Source: Rhodanobacteraceae bacterium
Lineage (GTDB): Bacteria; Pseudomonadota; Gammaproteobacteria; Xanthomonadales; SZUA-5
Assembly (NCBI GenBank): GCA_024234055.1
Contig: JACKOW010000001.1
Span: 146,710-210,709, forward strand
DNA length: 64,000 bases
Direction of reading: 5' to 3'
This document shows, in pieces, positions 27,712 to 36,823 of the stretch (within the stretch, counting starts at the first letter, position 1; each line of letters opens with the position of its first letter). A program made the position numbers and the translations under genes. The notes beneath the pieces are model-generated. The model ran no database searches, was not told the origin of the DNA, and saw nothing but the letters and a program-made list of their open reading frames with translations.

Positions 27712-30700
27712 CTAGGAGCCCACCTTGAACCGACCGATCTCGATGGTCTGGCTGCCGCTTTCCAGACGTCGGGTGGTGGCAGCGCGTTCGCTGTGGGCGG
27801 TGCCAAAGCGGGTCTGGAATTCGAGCTGGATGGTGACCGGGCCGGTGAGGCTCTGGCGGCGATCGCCGAAATAGTTGGCGAGTACCACATAGGTGCCGGG
27901 CAGCGGACGGCGGATGGTGTAGACCTCCGGGCCATAGCCGCCCGTGAAATCGCGGCTCATGTAGCCGCCGGTGCGGGTGCGTGGCTGGCTGTAGACCGCC
28001 TTGTCGCCGCTCGGATCCACCACCCACAGATCAATATCGGTGTTGTCCGCATCCCAGCTCAGGACCACGCGCAGTCCGACGGCGACCGGGTCCAGCAGTT
28101 CGGTCGGAATGCCCAACCCGGCCAGATCCAGATCGAATTCCTTCGGCGCCTGCGCCAGCACGTCATTGAGTTCGTGCAGCGCGATGATCTCGATATCCGG
28201 AAAGCGCCCATGCCACTCGCCGATGGCCACTTTCCACAGCAACTCGACCGCACGGGCGCGATCGGGCTGATCCTGTCGTGCCAGTGCCAGGGCCAGATCA
28301 CGATAGCTCTGCGGCTCCTCCGGACGCTGTTCCAGCGCAGATTCAAATTGCGGCACCGCCAGCGCGTACAGATTCCATTGCCCCAGCCGATAGGCCAGCA
28401 CCCGGGTCAGCGCGGTGTTCTCGGTGTCGAGTTCGGCCAGATTGGAGAGCACCCGCAGCGCCAGTCGCGGCGCCTTGGCCTGCACGCGCAGGAAGTCGGC
28501 GACATCCAGATAGAAGGCCGGCATCTGCCCATGTACTTCGCGCTGGGCCAGATAGGCGAGGTAGGGATCGTCGGCAGCGCGGATATCGGCCAGATAGGGC
28601 GTCTCCGGATTCCACCCGGAAAGTTCTATCTGAGCCGACAAGTTGCTCACGGCCTCCGCGGCTGCCGGGCCGCCAGCCGCTTTCGCCGCCGCGGCCGGAC
28701 TGTCCAGCCGCTCTTCGGAAACCGGCATCGGCACCGACGGTGCGGATGCCGGCATCGCTGGACGGGGTGAACTGGGTGCCGGTGCCGAGGCCCCGGCTTG
28801 CATGCTGGCCACTTCCCGCGCTGGGCCTCGGTCGCGATCGGCCAGCTGGTCGTCTACCTCGGCACGATTCTGGCGTGGGCTGGCCATCTGCGGCAATTGC
28901 TCACGCTGCGCCCGCAAGGCTTCCAGCGCAAAGACCACCGCGGCGGCTTGGCGCTCCCAGCTACGGCGTGAATCGGGCTCGGCGCCCTCACGCAGCCAGC
29001 GCTGCGCCAGTGTCCGCGATTGCTTCAGCAATGTCTGCGCCTGGCCGCGCCCCGCCGACCAGGTCTTGTCCGTGCTATCCGGCCAAGCCGCGAACTCGGT
29101 CTCGGCCATGGGCAGCAGCAGCGTCTCGATGCCGGGATAGCTGGCGGCGTGGTAGTCACGGAATTCCTGCCAGCGTTGCCGCAGCGATTGCAGGCGCGCT
29201 TCCAGGCCAGGATCAGCCAGCGGCTTGGGCTGGCTTGCGATCAGGCGCCGGTACTCGGCCAGCAACGGCGCTTCCCTGGGCTCCACGCGGTAGCGCACGT
29301 AGTCTTCGATGCGATCCAGTACCAGCAGCGAGGTGCCGGCCGTGACCACGCCAAAGCGCTTGCCGATGGCGCTCATCGCCGCGCTGTCGGGCTTGGCGGC
29401 GCTCGCCAGCTGTGCCAACCAGGCCTGGGCCCACAGTCGATGCACGGTATCGGCCAGTGCTGCATTAGCGGGCTCGGCCCGGCCGAAGGCGATGCTGCGA
29501 GTGACCACCGCGTCTTCGCCATAGCCAAGCTTCAGTTCCAGCGTGCCACGGCCGCGGCAGCGTGCGCTGATGGTCAGGGTGCGCTCCACAGCGGTCGGCG
29601 CCTGCGGACTGATGTCACTGCAACTGCCGCCGATGCTCCGGGTTGCGAGCAAGCGCCACTGCCGCTGCAACAGTCGCCCGGCGGCCTCATCGGCACTACT
29701 CAAGGCGCCGAGGTCGATAACCTCGCCACCGCCGGCGCGGGCGATACGCGCGAGCCGGGCGTGATCGGCGCGCTGGGCGGCGTGCATCAGCTGCACCGTC
29801 GGGCGCCGACCACCGCTGTCCACCAGCGTGGGTTCGGAGGCGCCAAAATTGCTCAGGCCATCGCCGATGATCAGGACTTGATCGACCTTGCCCAGTGCGC
29901 GCAGATCGATGGCTCCGTAACTGCTGCCGCCGTCCAGCGGCAGGGCCTCGATCGCTGCCAGCAGAGCATTGCCATCGCCGCCGCGGACGCTGAAACGTTG
30001 CACCGGATCGGCGTCATTGCGAAAAGCCACCAGCTGCACGTCCACCTTGTTCAGGGCCTTGAGCCAGGCGGCCAGCGCGGCCGTCTCGTGCTGACGATTG
30101 CGCTCGCGGGCGCTGGCCGAAGCGTCGAAAAACAGTGCGATCCGGCGCGGGCGAATGGCCGTGTCGCGCTCGGGACGGCCGCTGTCGATCAGAGCCACCA
30201 CGCTGCGCCAGGCTGGATCGATCACGTCGGCGGCCTCGATCTGTGCCTGGCCCTGTCCTTTTGGAATCCGGAATGCCAGTTCGCTGCGCGGGCGCACCTG
30301 TTCGCGGGTGTACTCGGCGACCCAGGCCGTGCCACTGCGATCGAAACGCAGATCCGGATCGACCTTGCCGTCATCGCTCAAGGGCTTGCCCGCGATCAAC
30401 GCGGTTTCGGCGCGCAGATGCAGCCGCGCCACCGGATCCTTGAAGTACATCGGCAGCCGATAGCGCCAGCTGTCACCCTGATCGGACAGCGTGGCTTCCA
30501 GATGCAGGCGCACGCGTTTGCTGCCTTGCGCCGGTATCGGATACAGCCGGGTGCGGAACACATTGCCGACGGTCAGTTCGGCGAGGCCGGGATCGATGCG
30601 TCGCCGCGAGGTGTCCTCAAAGGCGACGCGGGCCGTTTCCTTGTCGACCACCACGCCCTCGCGCATGACACCGTCCACTTCCAGCGCATAGCCAGCCACG

Positions 30701-30963
30701 GTCTGACCTGCGGCCAGCGGGAACACGAACTCGCCTTCGAGCACGCGATTGTTGGGATTGTCGAAACGCAGTTCCAACGTGGTTCGGGCAATGAAGCCCT
30801 GCGTGCGAATCTGGATATCGAGTTCACCCAGGCTGATCGGCTTCAAGCCGCTGGCCGGGGCTATCCATACCTGAGGCGGATGCACCACGGCTTCGGCATC
30901 CGGGTTCTGCGCCTGGGCCGCGGGCAAGGTCAGGCAGGTCAGCAGCAACAGATATCGATACAC
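27712..30963 (-). CDS. secreted VIT + von Willebrand A + DUF2135-like C-terminal domain protein
   Basis: Signal MYRYLLLLTCLTLPAAQA, a VIT-like N-terminus, a vWA block (IALFFDASASA..IIGDGLSN), TPR-like middle and C-terminal YGPEVYTIRRPLPGTYVVLANYF. Confidence 0.8.
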   Translation of the reverse strand: MYRYLLLLTCLTLPAAQAQNPDAEAVVHPPQVWIAPASGLKPISLGELDIQIRTQGFIARTTLELRFDNPNNRVLEGEFVFPLAAGQTVAGYALEVDGVMREGVVVDKETARVAFEDTSRRRIDPGLAELTVGNVFRTRLYPIPAQGSKRVRLHLEATLSDQGDSWRYRLPMYFKDPVARLHLRAETALIAGKPLSDDGKVDPDLRFDRSGTAWVAEYTREQVRPRSELAFRIPKGQGQAQIEAADVIDPAWRSVVALIDSGRPERDTAIRPRRIALFFDASASARERNRQHETAALAAWLKALNKVDVQLVAFRNDADPVQRFSVRGGDGNALLAAIEALPLDGGSSYGAIDLRALGKVDQVLIIGDGLSNFGASEPTLVDSGGRRPTVQLMHAAQRADHARLARIARAGGGEVIDLGALSSADEAAGRLLQRQWRLLATRSIGGSCSDISPQAPTAVERTLTISARCRGRGTLELKLGYGEDAVVTRSIAFGRAEPANAALADTVHRLWAQAWLAQLASAAKPDSAAMSAIGKRFGVVTAGTSLLVLDRIEDYVRYRVEPREAPLLAEYRRLIASQPKPLADPGLEARLQSLRQRWQEFRDYHAASYPGIETLLLPMAETEFAAWPDSTDKTWSAGRGQAQTLLKQSRTLAQRWLREGAEPDSRRSWERQAAAVVFALEALRAQREQLPQMASPRQNRAEVDDQLADRDRGPAREVASMQAGASAPAPSSPRPAMPASAPSVPMPVSEERLDSPAAAAKAAGGPAAAEAVSNLSAQIELSGWNPETPYLADIRAADDPYLAYLAQREVHGQMPAFYLDVADFLRVQAKAPRLALRVLSNLAELDTENTALTRVLAYRLGQWNLYALAVPQFESALEQRPEEPQSYRDLALALARQDQPDRARAVELLWKVAIGEWHGRFPDIEIIALHELNDVLAQAPKEFDLDLAGLGIPTELLDPVAVGLRVVLSWDADNTDIDLWVVDPSGDKAVYSQPRTRTGGYMSRDFTGGYGPEVYTIRRPLPGTYVVLANYFGDRRQSLTGPVTIQLEFQTRFGTAHSERAATTRRLESGSQTIEIGRFKVGS

Positions 30964-31087
30964 CGGAGCTCTCCTCGCAGGTGAAGTGGAAGACTACCCT
31001 GCGTACAACGAGGCGCGGCGGCGAGTGGGGTTAAGCGCCCGTGTCAGAATGGAGTCGCGGTCGCCTCTGGCGGTGCGCATCAACCAA

Positions 31088-31112
31088 GGGGCAGGGGGCA
31101 GGGGGCAGGGGG
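31088..31112 (+). repeat. GGGGCAG tandem heptamers (G-quadruplex-type motif)
   Basis: GGGGCAGGGGGCAGGGGGCAGGGGG: four G4-5 runs separated by CA. Confidence 0.85.
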
Positions 31113-31243
31113 CCTACGTTGCGGCACGATCAGATCATGCGTCGGGGTTGGACACCGGTCCCCTGTCCGTCGCGCTTTCCTTTCCAATCCATTGAATCCA
31201 TGAGTTCTGCCAGTCACGTAGACCGCTTCGCGGCCAACGTGAC

Positions 31244-31912
31244 CTACGACCAGCCTCTCCGCGGGCCGGGCGCCGCGTCAGCAAAATGCCCATGTCGCAG
31301 AAAGTGGGCCGTCAGTGCCGCGGCGCGCTCTGAAAACAGCAAGGCGGTGTGACTGGCGGCCACGGTACAGTGATCGCTGATGCCGGGCAGACGGGTTTCG
31401 GCGACGGCCACGGTGCCATCGTTGGGTCGCGGCAGCGGACCCAGAATCAGGCTCAAACCGAAGGAAATCTCGCCGGCAATCACACCAATGGCGGTATCTC
31501 CCTGCCATTCCGGCAGACCGTCGATCAGGATCTGTCGCGCGCCGCCGAGACCAAGCTTGTCCAGCTTGATCCGGTTCAGACGCCGGGCCAGATGACTGCC
31601 GCGCAGCGGCGATCCGAGGCAGACCACGCGCTGCACGCGGCTGGCCGCGGCGTGGGCGCTGCGCAGAAAGTCCACGGCAATGACCCCGCCCAGGCTATGG
31701 CCCACCAAGTGCACGGGCTCGCCTTCGGCATCAATGACCCGCGCCAGGCGGGCATGGTGCTCGCTGACCGGCGACTTGATGCTGGCGTAGTCGAAGCGCT
31801 GCACCCGAAAGCCGGCCTGTTGCAGACGCGCATCCAGCCTGGCGGTAATGCCCGAACGCATCCAGATGCCGTGCAGCAACAGCACCCGTGGGCGGGCGCC
31901 CGTCTCAGCCAC
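31244..31912 (-). CDS. alpha/beta-fold hydrolase (esterase/lipase-like)
   Basis: LLHGIW oxyanion region and nucleophile elbow GHSLGG. Confidence 0.75.
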   Translation of the reverse strand: MAETGARPRVLLLHGIWMRSGITARLDARLQQAGFRVQRFDYASIKSPVSEHHARLARVIDAEGEPVHLVGHSLGGVIAVDFLRSAHAAASRVQRVVCLGSPLRGSHLARRLNRIKLDKLGLGGARQILIDGLPEWQGDTAIGVIAGEISFGLSLILGPLPRPNDGTVAVAETRLPGISDHCTVAASHTALLFSERAAALTAHFLRHGHFADAAPGPRRGWS

Positions 31913-32579
31913 AGCTGCGCGGTTTCAGGGTGAGTTCGGCGGCCCCGGGCAACTCGCTGTAGTCGGGCGGCTCGGATGTGTCGCGCTCATATTCGATCCA
32001 GAAGGCGCGCTCCACTTCAGTACGCTCCTCAAGACGGGCCGGAAACCCCAGCGCCGCAATCTGCGCCTGCCGGCGCGAGGCATTGTCCCGATCACGGAAC
32101 AGGCCAAGCGACACCGTATTCTCGTGATCGCCGGCGGTGACCACGTAGTAGTCGCGTACGCCGGCGGCATTCAGCTGTCGCGCCGATTTCAGGGCGGCAT
32201 CGCGGGTGCTGAAGGCCGGCAGATAGACCCAGTAGCCGCGTGTGGTCACGCTGCTGCTTTCCTGGTACTGGATGCGCTTGACCTGCGGTGTCAGCAGATC
32301 CATGCCGCGGCGCAGGTCCGACTGGGTTTCGAAGGGACCCAGCGCTGCGCATACAGCGGGCGGCAGATTTGGATCTGCAGCCGCCTGTGCCGACGAATCG
32401 GCTGCCTGCGCTGCCTGAGCCATCAGCGTGCTGTCGCGCTCGCTCAACAGCACCAGGCTGGGAACATCGCTTTGCGCAAGCGCCACGGGAGCCAGCGGCG
32501 CCTGCACACGCCAATACCACCAGGCCCCTGCAGCCAGGTTCATCACCAACAGCAATAGAAACAGGATGCGCGCCAGCAT
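31905..32579 (-). CDS. SPOR domain-containing membrane protein
   Basis: N-terminal TM plus a C-terminal SPOR-like repeat (YWVYLPAFSTRDAALKSARQLNAAG..SLGLF). Confidence 0.7.
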   Translation of the reverse strand: MLARILFLLLLVMNLAAGAWWYWRVQAPLAPVALAQSDVPSLVLLSERDSTLMAQAAQAADSSAQAAADPNLPPAVCAALGPFETQSDLRRGMDLLTPQVKRIQYQESSSVTTRGYWVYLPAFSTRDAALKSARQLNAAGVRDYYVVTAGDHENTVSLGLFRDRDNASRRQAQIAALGFPARLEERTEVERAFWIEYERDTSEPPDYSELPGAAELTLKPRSCG

Positions 32580-32669
32580 GGGTCGCCGTTTCGACGGTCA
32601 GCCTCGCATTCTATGCGTACTGTGCCGAAGGACTGCTCAGCGGCCAGCCAGTGCCCGCAGTTCGACCGA

Positions 32670-33191
32670 TCAGGCGCGCACCAGCGTGACCGGAATTTCG
32701 GTCTCCTGGGTGACGCGGTTGGCCACCGATCCGAGCAGGGCGCTGCCCAGTGGGCCTTGGCCTCGGGTTCCCATCAGGATCATGCTGGCCTTGATCTCCA
32801 CACTGCGGCGAAGGATGCACGCGGCCGGATTGCCCATAACCAGATGCCGGGTGTAGGCCACCCCCGCGGTATTCAGGCGCTCGCAGGTCGCGGCGGTCTG
32901 CTCGATACCGTTCGCCTCCAGTTGGCGGTCGGCGGCTTCCTTGCCAATGAAGGGATGCACCCACAGCAGGTGCACCGCGCACGGCCACCGATAGACCTGC
33001 TGCCATTGGATGATCTGATCGGCCAGCGCCAGGCTGACATCGGTGCCATCGATGGCCACCACGATCCGCGGCAGATCGGTGGCCACGGCCGCACCAAAAT
33101 GCTGGCTGACCGCGATCAGGCGCTCGATGTCATCACGCTCCTCGCGGCGCTCGCCATCATGCTCGGGCAGGTGAAGGATGGGACTGGTCAT
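32670..33191 (-). CDS. universal stress protein family protein
   Basis: Start moved to ATG 33191 (MTSPILH). Usp ATP-binding C-terminus ILMGTRGQGPLGSALLGSVANRV. Confidence 0.8.
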   Translation of the reverse strand: MTSPILHLPEHDGERREERDDIERLIAVSQHFGAAVATDLPRIVVAIDGTDVSLALADQIIQWQQVYRWPCAVHLLWVHPFIGKEAADRQLEANGIEQTAATCERLNTAGVAYTRHLVMGNPAACILRRSVEIKASMILMGTRGQGPLGSALLGSVANRVTQETEIPVTLVRA

Positions 33192-33220
33192 CGATGGCTC
33201 ACTCCTGGATGTTCGACAGC

Positions 33221-33778
33221 TTATTGCGCGTTGACCCGTTGCGCTTCGAGCAGACTGTCCAGCTGTCCGGCGCGATCGCGGGTGATGTTGGCCAGGGCCT
33301 CGGCGTGCATCGGTTGGAACATGGTGCCCGACATGGCGCCATAGGCCGTGTCCAGTGCCTTGTATTCGGCATCGCGAAAGGCTAGCCATTTCCGCTGCGA
33401 GATGCGCAGTTGTTCCTTCGCCTCCGGTCCGAGCTCTGCCATCAGTTCACGCCAAAGCCGATTGAGCTCCCGGTCCCAGGCCGCCTGGGATTGATCAATG
33501 CAGCGACGCATGCCCTGCGTGCTCATGCCCTCGGGCGTTTCCATGCAGCGCGTGAGTTCGGCTTCGATCGGATGCTGGTCGGGGAAGGCGTCGTTGGCAA
33601 AGACCAGCGCCGGGGACAGAGTCAGTACCGAGACTGCGAGCCAGGAACAAAAGCGTGGCAGGGGATGGGCGATGGAGCGGGGCAGGGGGCGGGGGGCACG
33701 GGGCAGGGGAAGAGCCGCGCCTGGGTGGTGCTTGTTTGCCTCTTGTCCGGAAAGCGTTCTTGAACTGTGGTCAATCAT
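33221..33778 (-). CDS. DUF1311 / LprI-like periplasmic protein
   Basis: C-terminal QRKWLAFRDAEYK helix motifs and a signal-like segment at residues 45-62. The only standard start (33778) adds a 40-aa extension that reads through a G-run repeat. Confidence 0.65.
   Translation of the reverse strand: MIDHSSRTLSGQEANKHHPGAALPLPRAPRPLPRSIAHPLPRFCSWLAVSVLTLSPALVFANDAFPDQHPIEAELTRCMETPEGMSTQGMRRCIDQSQAAWDRELNRLWRELMAELGPEAKEQLRISQRKWLAFRDAEYKALDTAYGAMSGTMFQPMHAEALANITRDRAGQLDSLLEAQRVNAQ
33679..33709 (+). repeat. G-run heptamer array (G-quadruplex-type motif)
   Basis: GGGGCAGGGGGCGGGGGGCACGGGGCAGGGG. Confidence 0.85.
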
Positions 33779-33805
33779 GTTCTCTGCCTCGTATGCAAAA
33801 ACATG

Positions 33806-33890
33806 GCGTCATTGCGAGGAGCGCAGCGACGAAGCAATCCTGTGTCTCGCGACCTGCATCTGGATTGCTTCGCTTCGCTCGCAATGACGC
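33806..33890. repeat. inverted repeat GCGTCATTGCGAGGAGCGCAGCGACGAAGCAATCC / GGATTGCTTCGCTTCGCTCGCAATGACGC
   Basis: Arms of about 30 nt around a 21-nt loop. Fragments of the same motif (GGATTGCTTCG, GCTCGCAATGACG) recur at 27216-27226 and 27596-27608. Confidence 0.85.
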
Positions 33891-33907
33891 TTCCGATGAG
33901 AGCATTT

Positions 33908-33966
33908 CCCGAGTCCCGAGTCCCGAGTCCCGAGTCCCGAGTCCCGAGTCCCGAGTCCCGTGCCCC
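33908..33966. repeat. CCCGAGT tandem heptamer array (half element of the GGGACTC family)
   Basis: About 7.5 contiguous units ending 6 nt from the lpdA stop codon. No GGGACTC arm nearby. Confidence 0.9.
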
Positions 33967-33971
33967 ATCAT

Positions 33972-35738
33972 TCACTTCTTCTTCGGGATGTACAGATCCG
34001 TGATCGTGCCCTCATACACTTCGGCCGCCATGCCCACCGATTCGCTCAGGGTGGGGTGCGGATGGATGGTCAGACCGATGTCGGCTGCATCGCAGCCCAT
34101 TTCGATGGCCAGCGCGGCTTCGCTGATCAGGTCGCCAGCGTTGGGGCCGACGATGCCGGCGCCGACGATCTTGTGTGAGGCCTCATCGAAGATCAGTTTG
34201 GTGAAACCTTCGGTGCGATTGATGCCGATGGCGCGGCCGCTGGCGGCGTAGGGGAATTTGCCCACGCCCACCTTCATGCCCTTGGCCTTGGCTTCGCTCT
34301 CGGTGACACCCACCCAGGCGATCTCCGGATCGGTATAGGCCACGCTGGGGATCACACGGGCAACAAACTCGCTGTTCTGACCGGCGATCACTTCGGCGGC
34401 CACCTTGCCCTCATGAGTGGCCTTGTGGGCCAGCATCGGCTGGCCGACGATGTCGCCAATGGCGAAGATGTGCGGCACATTGGTGCGCATCTGCTTGTCG
34501 ACGGCGATGAAGCCGCGATCGCTGACCGCCACGCCGGCTGCCTCAGCCTTGATCTTCTTGCCATTCGGGGTGCGTCCGACCGCGCACAACACGCGATCGA
34601 ACAGCATCGGCTCGGGTGCCTTGTCGCCCTCGAAGGTAGTCAGCAGGCCCTTTTTCTGCGCTTCCACCGAGACTACCTTGGTCTTCAGATGGATGCCGCC
34701 GTAGCGCTTGCCGATGCGCTGCTGCAGTGGCCGCACCAGATCCGGATCGGTGCCCGGCATCAGCTGGTCGAGCAGTTCGACGACGGTCACTTCGCTGCCG
34801 AGCGCGTCATACACGCAAGCCATTTCCAGACCGATGATGCCGCCGCCGATCACCAGCAGCTTCTTCGGGATATCGGCCAGATCGAGCGCGTCGGTGGAAT
34901 CCATCATGCGGGCGTCGTCCCAGGGCAGGCCGGGCAGTTTCACCGCCTGTGATCCGGCGGCAATGATGGCGTGCTCGAAACCGATGACTTGATCGCCGTC
35001 TGCGGTTCTGACCGTGACCGTGTTGGCCGAGCTGAATTCGCCGTTGCCCTGCAGCACTCGCACCTTGCGCTGCTTGGCCATGCCTGACAGGCCGCCAGTG
35101 AGCTTGCCGACCACCTTGTCCTTGTACTCGCGCAGCTTGTCCAGATCGATCTTCGGCTTGCCAAAGGAAATGCCGAGCTCGGCCGAATGGCTGGCCTCGT
35201 CGATGACGCGCGCGGTGTGCAGCAGCGCCTTGGACGGAATGCAGCCCACGTTGAGGCATACACCGCCGAGGGTGGCATAGCGCTCGACCAGGATCACGTC
35301 GAGGCCGAGGTCAGCACCGCGGAAGGCCGCGGTGTAGCCGCCCGGACCCGCACCCAGCACCAGCAGCTGGCAGCGCAGATCGGTATTGGCGGGCGCGGTG
35401 GCGGGGGCTGGTGATGCCGCCTTTGCTGGCGCGGGCTCGGATTTGGCAGGCGCAGCCTCCGCTTTCTTCTCCGCTGGCGCGTTCTCGATCCTGGCATCGG
35501 CTTGTGTGTCGAGAATCGCGACCACTGTGCCTTCAGACACCGAATCACCCACCTTGACCTTCAGCTCGACCAGGGTGCCGGCGGCGCTGGAAGGGACTTC
35601 CATCGTGGCCTTGTCCGACTCCAGCGTCAGCAGGCCCTGATCAACCCGGATCTGATCGCCGGGCTGGGCCAGCAGTTCGATCACCGGCACGTCCTGATAA
35701 CTGCCGATATCCGGTACCCGAACTTCAATCTTGGCCAT
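33972..35738 (-). CDS. lpdA: dihydrolipoyl dehydrogenase (E3) with N-terminal lipoyl domain
   Basis: Lipoyl motif LESDKATMEVP, Ala/Pro linker, FAD motif GAGPGGY, redox-active GGVCLNVGCIPSK, C-terminal HAHPTLSE-type motif. Confidence 0.92.
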   Translation of the reverse strand: MAKIEVRVPDIGSYQDVPVIELLAQPGDQIRVDQGLLTLESDKATMEVPSSAAGTLVELKVKVGDSVSEGTVVAILDTQADARIENAPAEKKAEAAPAKSEPAPAKAASPAPATAPANTDLRCQLLVLGAGPGGYTAAFRGADLGLDVILVERYATLGGVCLNVGCIPSKALLHTARVIDEASHSAELGISFGKPKIDLDKLREYKDKVVGKLTGGLSGMAKQRKVRVLQGNGEFSSANTVTVRTADGDQVIGFEHAIIAAGSQAVKLPGLPWDDARMMDSTDALDLADIPKKLLVIGGGIIGLEMACVYDALGSEVTVVELLDQLMPGTDPDLVRPLQQRIGKRYGGIHLKTKVVSVEAQKKGLLTTFEGDKAPEPMLFDRVLCAVGRTPNGKKIKAEAAGVAVSDRGFIAVDKQMRTNVPHIFAIGDIVGQPMLAHKATHEGKVAAEVIAGQNSEFVARVIPSVAYTDPEIAWVGVTESEAKAKGMKVGVGKFPYAASGRAIGINRTEGFTKLIFDEASHKIVGAGIVGPNAGDLISEAALAIEMGCDAADIGLTIHPHPTLSESVGMAAEVYEGTITDLYIPKKK

Positions 35739-35801
35739 GATGCTGCTCCTTGCTGGGACCGCTTGGAGCATAGCGGGCGGATCCGCTCCGCGGGCAGGCC
35801 A

Positions 35802-36025
35802 GTCGCGGATGAATCAGCTCCCACAGGGAAGTGGCGTCCCGGGCCTCTGTGGGAGCGGGCTCTGCCCGCGATGCTCTTGCCGGGTGTGGCGAACGGGCAG
35901 GTCGCGGATGAATCAGCTCCCACAGGGAAGTGGCGTCCCGGGCCTCTGTGGGAGCGGGCTCTGCCCGCGATGCTCTTGCCGGGTGTGGCGAACGGGCAGG
36001 TCGCGGATCAATCCGCTCCCACAGG
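35802..36025. repeat. 99-bp tandem repeat (2.25 copies) carrying REP-type palindromes
   Basis: Units at 35802-35900 and 35901-35999 are near-identical, with a partial third copy. Each contains GCTCCCACAG..CTGTGGGAGCGGGCTCTGCCCGCGAT. Confidence 0.92.
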
Positions 36026-36026
36026 C

Positions 36027-36055
36027 AAAAAAAAGAGCAGGCCTGAGCCTGCTCT
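36027..36055 (-). terminator. rho-independent terminator of the DUF2059 gene
   Basis: On the minus strand, AGAGCAGGC-TCAG-GCCTGCTCT is followed by T8. Confidence 0.75.
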
Positions 36056-36104
36056 TTCAATCCAGCTTCGACCTGCCGGTAGCTGTCGCCGCCGGCCTAC
36101 GCGA

Positions 36105-36641
36105 TTACTGACCTTCAGTCTGACCTTCGGCCGGTGCGGCTGCAGCGGCGCAGGTCTTGTAGGCTTCCTCCAGGCGCGGGCCGAAGCCCTGGGCGATCTT
36201 GTAGCCTTCCTGCATGGTGGCCTGGCCCTGCATCTGCGCGGCCTGCATCTTCTGCATGACATCCGGCATCTTCTCGAGCATCTTCACGCCGGTCGCCGAC
36301 TTGAAGAAGCGGGTCATTTCCTCCAGCTCGCTCTGGGTGAAGACCTCGGTGTAGACCACGGCCACGTCGTGGCGGATCTTCTCGATCTGCTCATCGCTGA
36401 AACTGACGGCGGCCATGGCCTTGGAGAACTCATCCAGCACCGGCTGGGCCGATTCGCAGCCCTGGAACTGGGCGACGGTCGACTTGACCATCGGCTCGGT
36501 CGGGTTCTTCATCTGATCGAACATCTGATCCGTGCGCGAGGCGGCGATCAGATCCAGCGCGGCCTTGACGTGGGCGCCATCGGCGGCGGGGGCCGAATCA
36601 GCGGCGGAAAGTGTGGCGACCAACAGCAGGGCGGAAAGCAT
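36105..36641 (-). CDS. DUF2059-like periplasmic protein
   Basis: Start at ATG 36641 after AGGAG. Signal MLSALLLVATLSAA. FTQSELEEMTRFFKSATG motif. Terminator downstream. Confidence 0.7.
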   Translation of the reverse strand: MLSALLLVATLSAADSAPAADGAHVKAALDLIAASRTDQMFDQMKNPTEPMVKSTVAQFQGCESAQPVLDEFSKAMAAVSFSDEQIEKIRHDVAVVYTEVFTQSELEEMTRFFKSATGVKMLEKMPDVMQKMQAAQMQGQATMQEGYKIAQGFGPRLEEAYKTCAAAAAPAEGQTEGQ

Positions 36642-36823
36642 CGAAAACTCCTGGTACTCGGTAGGGGTTTCCCGCGCAGACGGGAAAGGGGCGCGCAATA
36701 TAGCGCGTTGAGGGTCTCCGACCGTCAATCTGCGCAAAGGTTCCCGGTCCTCGCAATTGCCCGCGAGCGCCCGTCCTGGCCGATGCTAAACTCGGCAGCT
36801 CGACCCTTTGGCGTTGTGCGATC

